64,000 nucleotides of DNA, taken from an uncultured Gammaproteobacteria bacterium (GTDB taxonomy: Bacteria; Patescibacteriota; Microgenomatia; Daviesbacterales; UBA10151). This document shows positions 58,785 through 64,000 of this stretch, in pieces (position 1 is the stretch's first letter; each line of letters starts with the position of its first letter). The DNA is taken from contig CAZJNI010000003.1 of the NCBI GenBank assembly GCA_964547465.1, positions 21,334-85,333 on the forward strand. Direction: 5' to 3'. A program made the translations under genes and the position numbers. The notes below the pieces were generated by a model, which was given only the letters and a program-made list of their open reading frames with translations, searched no databases and was not told the DNA's origin.

Positions 58785-60728
58785 TTAAGCTTGTTTGAGC
58801 TCTTTTAAGCGGTCTTGTTTTTGGGTAACTAAAGTATCTAATTGTTGTAAATCAGCTGTATGGTTGCCAGGGAGACCTAAAGATGCAGCTTCTGCTATTG
58901 TAGGTCTTGAGGCAAGTAAACTTACCAAACTTTGCTCAAGTTGGACAATTTCTTCTTGCTGTTCCGGGGAAATTTGAGTTTTAACTTCTTCAAGATAATA
59001 AGTACCTTTTTGGCCAGTATTCCTTTGCCCATACTTTAATGTCTGAATTATTTTATAGCCTGAAGGTCCAAGAAGTTTTCTTAAGCGCATTATTGCATTT
59101 TTATCTGCCTTTTCTGTGGGAACAGGATTTTCCTTTGTGGAATTTATTATCAAATCAAAAGCAACAGCTGTTAGCTGGCCCCGGATTTCTATTTCCTGGC
59201 CATCAGGCAAAGTTTTTTTAGCTTTTGTGGATCTTCCTCTATAGTCTTTAGGACTCTCATCCGCTTTAACAGGAATAATAGGGGTACCGTCCTTTATCCA
59301 TTCTGCTGTATTAACTCTAAAGGTTTTTAGGGAAGAGGTAATATCTTCTGTATTCAATATGGAGTGAATTTTATTTATTAACTTCTTTTCTTCCTCAATG
59401 CTGGTACCCATTCTTTGTCTGTACATTAATATATTTACAGCAGAAGATAATGAAAATCTTAATGTTGATTTATTAAATGGCCTACCTTTTGTGGATAGAC
59501 CTCTTAACTCTATTGCTTGTTGAAGAGTTAAGTTAGGATCTTCAATCATCCTGTTTAGTAAATTTAAAACAACCTCTTGAACTGGCTCTGCACCAAATTC
59601 CGGCTCAGGAGCTGGAGGTTTAGGTGCTCCAGCTTCTACAAGTTTAAGATAATATCCGGCTCTTTTATCTCGCCCCTCACCTTGCGTTACAGACACTAAA
59701 CTTATTTTGGAAGATACTTCTTTTATTGCTTTGCTTCTTAAGGCGTCAAGAGAATCTTTTGGATTTCGCAATTTTCTTGCATCTTCACCATAGTAAGCCT
59801 CAACCCAAGTATCATTTGTTCCAAGTGCATTTTTATTATAAGAAACAGCCACCTCCAATACCTTTCTCCGGGTTTCTATTAGATTAAATGAGTGTATGGC
59901 TTCCAATAAAGTCTGTTTTCTTATATTTTCCTCATCAGTTTCCCCTATCTTTTCAGAGTCTGAACCTTGTTCCGTTTTTCTGGGAAGAGACCAAACACCT
60001 ATTTTATCTGCTTGAGTCCCTCTTTCAAACATTCTTCCAGCCTTTTGTTCAATTCCCCAAGCTAAACGGGCAGGATCAGAGTTAACACCTGCATTTTTAA
60101 CCGTTTCCCTTAAATCTGATATAGTTATTTTTTCTCCATTTTTTCCGTAAAGAATATTCATTAATACCCATTCAGCAGCAGTTAATGGAACTTCTTTTCC
60201 GTTAGCTTTTATAGTTTTACCTTCCTTATTTAAAGTAATTTCTGGAAGGGTTTTCAATGGAGCAGCTGGAGGAGGTGATGCTTGTGGCTCAGTTGGTTTT
60301 TCTACTTTTGTTCCCAAAGCTTTAGCCAGGATAATGTCATGTGATGGTTTATCTTTTAACTCCTGAAGCTGTGAGCGGAAAGAAGCTAAAGTTTCTTCCG
60401 GTATAGCTAAACCTGATCTTTCGACACCTCTTAAATCACGCTCTTTCCGGATAAGTTCCCTGCGATAATCATTGGCAATTTGAGGAAGATGCTCTTCCAG
60501 CTGATTATCAACTAAAGAAAGGGAGGTTTTTAAACGGTCAATTGATGCTCTGACCCTGTTTTTAATACCGAATGTTCTTACTTCTCTGGGAGTAGAATCC
60601 TTAAAATCTATAGATTCAGGACCTAATCTTTTTGTAGTTTCTTCTCTTTGTCCAACTAATTTATTTAGTTGGTCTTGTCTGGCTATTAATTGTTCTACTG
60701 AAAGTTCTCTTTCCATTTTTAGACCCAT
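58785..60728 (-). CDS. orphan soluble protein (647 aa), operon member 1
   Basis: Coding-like ORF with Pro-rich linkers (PPPAAPLKTLP, PKPPAPEPE) separating globular segments. No recognised motifs. Confidence 0.5.
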   Translation of the reverse strand: MGLKMERELSVEQLIARQDQLNKLVGQREETTKRLGPESIDFKDSTPREVRTFGIKNRVRASIDRLKTSLSLVDNQLEEHLPQIANDYRRELIRKERDLRGVERSGLAIPEETLASFRSQLQELKDKPSHDIILAKALGTKVEKPTEPQASPPPAAPLKTLPEITLNKEGKTIKANGKEVPLTAAEWVLMNILYGKNGEKITISDLRETVKNAGVNSDPARLAWGIEQKAGRMFERGTQADKIGVWSLPRKTEQGSDSEKIGETDEENIRKQTLLEAIHSFNLIETRRKVLEVAVSYNKNALGTNDTWVEAYYGEDARKLRNPKDSLDALRSKAIKEVSSKISLVSVTQGEGRDKRAGYYLKLVEAGAPKPPAPEPEFGAEPVQEVVLNLLNRMIEDPNLTLQQAIELRGLSTKGRPFNKSTLRFSLSSAVNILMYRQRMGTSIEEEKKLINKIHSILNTEDITSSLKTFRVNTAEWIKDGTPIIPVKADESPKDYRGRSTKAKKTLPDGQEIEIRGQLTAVAFDLIINSTKENPVPTEKADKNAIMRLRKLLGPSGYKIIQTLKYGQRNTGQKGTYYLEEVKTQISPEQQEEIVQLEQSLVSLLASRPTIAEAASLGLPGNHTADLQQLDTLVTQKQDRLKELKQA

Positions 60729-60829
60729 AGTTTACTATAAATTTTTACAGATGTCAAGTTAAAATTCTGGGATTTATTTGGTCAATTTTTCTAAAGCCTC
60801 TTTGGCTGCTTTTTCTTCTGAATCTTGTT

Positions 60830-61510
60830 TTAACCTTCTATCGCTCTTGCACTGAATCTTTTAGCCAGTTCCTTATAGAACTTTTTAAGTTGGTCTAAGC
60901 TAAAAGGTTTTAACATAACCGGTAGATTCTCAAAACCTTCAACTTTTAAGCAATCTATCGCAACCAAATAAGGATCAATTTCCATTCTGAATTTAACCCT
61001 TGTTCCTTCCATTAAATCCCAGATAGTGAAAGTTTGCAGTAAATAGTAAAGATCAACAAAATCCTTAACCTCGCTTCTCTGGCGTATTGTCTGTAGTTTA
61101 TTTACCGCAATGTCAAGCAAACTATCTATCTCCAAAGAGTCAATAGATTTCCCTTTCTTTAGCCTTTTATATGGATAATAGCCAAAATCTACTTTTAGTC
61201 TCTCCCCATCAGAAAATTGTAAATTAAAAATTTTTACTACTTCCTTATCCTCAATTGTAGTTTTAAAGTTATGTTTTTCTCCCCACTCGGCTATTAAATT
61301 TATGATTGGTAAAGTATCAAATTTTTCTTGTGAAAAAAAATCTAAATCCTCGGATAACCTGTGGTTTAGATATACCGAGGACAGAGCAGTACCACCAGTA
61401 AAGTAAAAGTTATTTTTTAAAAAATTGCTTGATCTAACCTCATTAAAGATAATTTGTTGCTTTTGGGTAAGGTGTAGCTCGTCAGTAGAAGCTTTGGTTA
61501 TTTTCCCCAT
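60830..61510 (-). CDS. AbiEii-like nucleotidyltransferase (type IV toxin-antitoxin toxin family)
   Basis: FYFTGGTALSSVYLNHRLSEDLDFF matches the AbiEii/DUF1814 NTase signature (GGTAL...R.SEDLDF). Confidence 0.55.
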   Translation of the reverse strand: MGKITKASTDELHLTQKQQIIFNEVRSSNFLKNNFYFTGGTALSSVYLNHRLSEDLDFFSQEKFDTLPIINLIAEWGEKHNFKTTIEDKEVVKIFNLQFSDGERLKVDFGYYPYKRLKKGKSIDSLEIDSLLDIAVNKLQTIRQRSEVKDFVDLYYLLQTFTIWDLMEGTRVKFRMEIDPYLVAIDCLKVEGFENLPVMLKPFSLDQLKKFYKELAKRFSARAIEG

Positions 61511-61698
61511 ATTAAAAGTTCCATTAGTCTTTTATTACGAGGATCAAGATGTAGTTTATCCCAATTCTTTTTAACCTCTTTTAAAGGAATCTTCTCCCCC
61601 TTATCAGGACCGTAATTGATCATTCTCTCCAAAATCAATAGTCTACCTGATTTGGTTTTTTTCAACTCATTAATATCATAGTCCCAAATAAACGGCAT
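61498..61698 (-). CDS. small protein upstream of and overlapping the AbiEii-like gene (possible cognate partner)
   Basis: 66-aa ORF overlapping the NTase start by 13 nt. No HTH recognised. Confidence 0.3.
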   Translation of the reverse strand: MPFIWDYDINELKKTKSGRLLILERMINYGPDKGEKIPLKEVKKNWDKLHLDPRNKRLMELLIWGK

Positions 61699-61711
61699 AT
61701 TTATGATTTTA

Positions 61712-62407
61712 TCATATTAAGTTTAGTTTTTCTAAAGCCTCTTGGGCTGCTTTTTCTTCTGCTTCCTGTTTGGAGGAACCTGTTCCTTTTCCCATTTCTT
61801 TCCCTTTAATATATACCCCTACCACAAATTCTTTTGCATGATCCGGACCTTTTGTCCCCAAAATTTTATAATGCGGAGATTCCTTTAGCTTTTCCTGGAC
61901 AATTTCCTGCAGGTTTGATTTAGCATCCCTTGGTGGACCTGATTTTAACTCACTGGCAAAAAGCTCAAAAAGGGTTTTTTCAATCACTTTCTGTACACTT
62001 ATAAGTCCCTGGTCTAAAAATATTGCCCCCAGTAGTGCCTCATATGAATTTGCCAAAAGCTGTGGATTGCTTCTGCCGCCGGATAGCTCCTCACCTTTGG
62101 AGAGTTTTAAATAATCCCCCAGCTTTAAATTCTTTGCAACCTGGGCCAGGGATTTGGTTTTAACAACATAAGCCCTTAAATTTGTCAGCTCCCCTTCTGC
62201 GTCAGTTCTTCTTAAATTATAAAGATAGTTGGAAACAACCAGCGATAAAACAGAATCACCTAAAAATTCCAGTCTTTCGTTTGAGGCCATATCTGATTTA
62301 ATTTCATTTAAATAGGATCTGTGTATAAAAGCCTGTTTTAAAAGCTCTGGATTTTTAAAATCTAAATTTAGTTTTGCAATTAGTGAACTGAAATCATCAT
62401 TTGCCAT
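61712..62407 (-). CDS. rnc: ribonuclease III
   Basis: Signature ERLEFLGDSVLSLVVS plus C-terminal dsRBD (...KGTGSSKQEAEEKAAQEAL). Confidence 0.85.
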   Translation of the reverse strand: MANDDFSSLIAKLNLDFKNPELLKQAFIHRSYLNEIKSDMASNERLEFLGDSVLSLVVSNYLYNLRRTDAEGELTNLRAYVVKTKSLAQVAKNLKLGDYLKLSKGEELSGGRSNPQLLANSYEALLGAIFLDQGLISVQKVIEKTLFELFASELKSGPPRDAKSNLQEIVQEKLKESPHYKILGTKGPDHAKEFVVGVYIKGKEMGKGTGSSKQEAEEKAAQEALEKLNLI

Positions 62408-62409
62408 TT

Positions 62410-62643
62410 TTACTCTAGAAGATTATCCTCAATAAGTACTATTAAATCTTCTATGCTTTGTAAAGAGTCAACATCAGCCGGCTCAATTGTGACACTAAAT
62501 TTTTGTGAAAGATAGTTTAGCAAATCATTTAACTCAATCGGGCCCAAACCTAATTCCTCCCTCAAGAGCCCATTTCTGTCTATGTCCTCTAAGGATAAAC
62601 CCAGATGATCTGCTATAGCTTGTAAAATTATTTTTTCATCCAT
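62410..62643 (-). CDS. acyl-carrier-protein-like four-helix protein lacking the phosphopantetheine Ser
   Basis: 77 aa, acidic, in the conserved acpP position upstream of rnc. The ACP motif DLGxDSLD is replaced by ELGLGPIELND (Ser to Pro). Confidence 0.55.
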   Translation of the reverse strand: MDEKIILQAIADHLGLSLEDIDRNGLLREELGLGPIELNDLLNYLSQKFSVTIEPADVDSLQSIEDLIVLIEDNLLE

Positions 62644-62699
62644 ATTTTAATTAAGACATACTTTATTGTTTCATACAAGAACTTGTTCATTTGTATATA

Positions 62700-63062
62700 T
62701 CAAGTCTGTATTTTTTTAATTTCCACCAATCTTCCCAAGGCGCCATTAATAAATGAGCTGGATGAATCTGAACCAAACTCTTTACCCAACTCAACTGCCT
62801 CATCTATTACAACTTTTGGAGGAGTATCCTTTAAAATTAGCTCAAAGGTAGCCAGACGCAAAATAGCTAAATCAATTTTATTAATTTGCCCGATTGGTCT
62901 ATCCGGGGCGCTTTTTGCAATCAGTTTATCAATTTTAGAAATATTGGAAGTAATCTCGGCTATATCTTTTGAAACTTTGCCTTTGGGAGCAAATTGCCAG
63001 GAAAAAAGAGACTGCATCATTTGGATGCGCTTTAAGTGTCTTGGATCTTTGGCAGTTTTCAT
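62700..63062 (-). CDS. nusB: transcription antitermination factor NusB
   Basis: ...MQSLFSWQF... and [15 protein letters not shown]...[29 protein letters not shown] align with NusB consensus. Confidence 0.7.
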   Translation of the reverse strand: MKTAKDPRHLKRIQMMQSLFSWQFAPKGKVSKDIAEITSNISKIDKLIAKSAPDRPIGQINKIDLAILRLATFELILKDTPPKVVIDEAVELGKEFGSDSSSSFINGALGRLVEIKKIQT

Positions 63063-63253
63063 GCTTTGATGACTTTAACTTTTTCCCTGGTTACAGATTT
63101 GCCACCATAGAAACCACAATTGGCACAAACTATGTGTGATTTTGTGAGCTTGCCACAGTTTTTACAAGTTATGTAAGATGAAACCAGTTTAATACTGGCT
63201 CTTCTGACTCTTTTTCTATGTTTAGAATGTCTTCTTTTTGGTTCTCCAGCCAT
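63059..63253 (-). CDS. rpmF: 50S ribosomal protein L32
   Basis: [18 protein letters not shown]... basic N-terminus and two CxxC pairs (CKNC...[12 protein letters not shown]) typical of zinc-ribbon L32. Confidence 0.65.
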   Translation of the reverse strand: MAGEPKRRHSKHRKRVRRASIKLVSSYITCKNCGKLTKSHIVCANCGFYGGKSVTREKVKVIKA

Positions 63254-63358
63254 CTTGGCTCTTCCCTTGTCAAAAATTGCTCATCCGCAATTTTTGCAAG
63301 CGATCTCCTTCGAACAAAACAATTCTTGATATTTTAATTGTTTTGTTCTTCAGTCCGA

Positions 63359-64000
63359 TTAATCAGGCATCACATTTGATGCAAGATCATGTAATTTTGC
63401 CTGCAGTAGCGGGTATTTGTCAAGTGTGGGATTATTATCTAATAATTTTCCGGCAGCAGACCTGGTTTTTTCCACCAATTCCAAATCAGAAAATGAAGCT
63501 ATTTTGAATTCAAACCTGCCGGATTGTTTAACTCCAAAAATCTCACCTGATCCTCTAATCTTTAGATCCAGCTCCGCCAGTTTTAATCCATCAAATGTTG
63601 TTTCCATATATTTTAATCTTCTTCTATCAGCAGATGGATCAGATGTGTAAAGCAAACAATAGGAGGTTTTTACTCCTCTTCCAATCCTGCCGCGCAGCTG
63701 ATGAAGCTGGGATAAGCCGAACCTTTCAGCGCCTTCGATCACCATAATTGTGGCATTAGGGATATCCATTCCCACCTCCACCACAGAAGTGGATACTAAA
63801 ATCTGGACTTCTCCTGCTTTAAATTCTTTTAAAACTTGTTCTTTATCCCTGGATTTCATTCTTCCGTGAAGTAAGCTTAACTTAAGATTTGTAAATATTT
63901 TCTTTAACCTTTCATACTCCACTTTGACTGCCTTTACCGTAGTTAATGTTTCTGATGGTTCAATAAATGGAGTGATAATATATGCCTGATCTCCCATCTT
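63359..64000 (-). CDS. recG: ATP-dependent DNA helicase RecG, C-terminal part (N-terminus lies beyond window end)
   Basis: Helicase C domain LHGRMKSRDKEQVLKEFKAGEVQILVSTSVVEVGMDIPNATIMVIEGAERFGLSQLHQLRGRIGRG. The ORF runs off the window edge. Confidence 0.75.
   Translation of the reverse strand, partial: KMGDQAYIITPFIEPSETLTTVKAVKVEYERLKKIFTNLKLSLLHGRMKSRDKEQVLKEFKAGEVQILVSTSVVEVGMDIPNATIMVIEGAERFGLSQLHQLRGRIGRGVKTSYCLLYTSDPSADRRRLKYMETTFDGLKLAELDLKIRGSGEIFGVKQSGRFEFKIASFSDLELVEKTRSAAGKLLDNNPTLDKYPLLQAKLHDLASNVMPD

Noticed and set aside
53564-60728. Interpretation of the four-gene orphan operon as a prophage structural module or a Cas-like effector
   Set aside because: No portal, terminase, capsid or tail motifs, no RuvC/HNH/HEPN/HD nuclease motifs, and no adjacent array or integrase. 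Left as unknown instead of forcing a label.
62683-63069. Plus-strand 128-aa ORF
   Set aside because: Antisense to the nusB gene, which has clear family similarity. No motifs of its own.

Overview
This 64 kb window is AT-rich and compact. It looks like a small-genome Patescibacteria/CPR-type bacterium; that lineage call is an inference from gene content and composition, not from any search. I found no rRNA, tRNA or CRISPR array.

Housekeeping genes, in window order:
- The window opens with the C-terminal end of ruvC.
- A peptidoglycan block holds murF-like, murD, murI and murC, plus a FemAB-family transferase, a DegT-family aminotransferase, an alpha/beta hydrolase and peptide deformylase.
- gyrA and gyrB are both present but not adjacent; a DNA polymerase III delta-prime-like gene sits next to gyrB.
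- Also present are a P-type cation ATPase, a peptidoglycan amidase and a XerC/D recombinase.
- A trmD, KH-protein, rpsP operon is followed by rnc, an ACP-like gene, nusB and rpmF, and the window ends inside recG.

A complete type IV pilus locus spans 36.2-52.0 kb: pilB, pilT, pilC, a major pilin, pilD, nine further pilin or pseudopilin genes, two PilX-N-type proteins (one 637 aa), then pilM, pilN and pilO.

Accessory content worth attention:
1. Two paralogous IS200/RAYT-like HUH tyrosine transposase genes. Each lies downstream of a different class I SAM methyltransferase and is flanked by the same REP-like palindrome. A fifth REP copy sits in-frame inside the DegT aminotransferase gene, and a diverged duplicate of the xerC 3' end sits at one module boundary.
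2. A surface-protein island at 4.1-11.1 kb. It holds a 944-aa Cys-rich protein with IPT/TIG-like and dockerin-like segments and an internal 117-bp tandem duplication, followed by two cohesin-like proteins.
3. A family of heptanucleotide tandem repeats (AAATTTC-type, TCTACAT, GTCATCA, GTTGGTA). These sit in a signal peptide, in a prepilin leader, upstream of a pseudopilin gene, and twice inside trmD. They are candidate slipped-strand contingency loci.
4. A tightly packed operon of four large soluble orphan proteins at 53.5-60.7 kb, next to an AbiEii-like nucleotidyltransferase. This is the best candidate in the window for an undescribed system.

Smaller items include CTAG-rich palindromic intergenic regions, a palindromic element of about 25 nt shared between the murD and rpsP coding sequences, and an ACP-like gene whose phosphopantetheine-attachment Ser is replaced by Pro.
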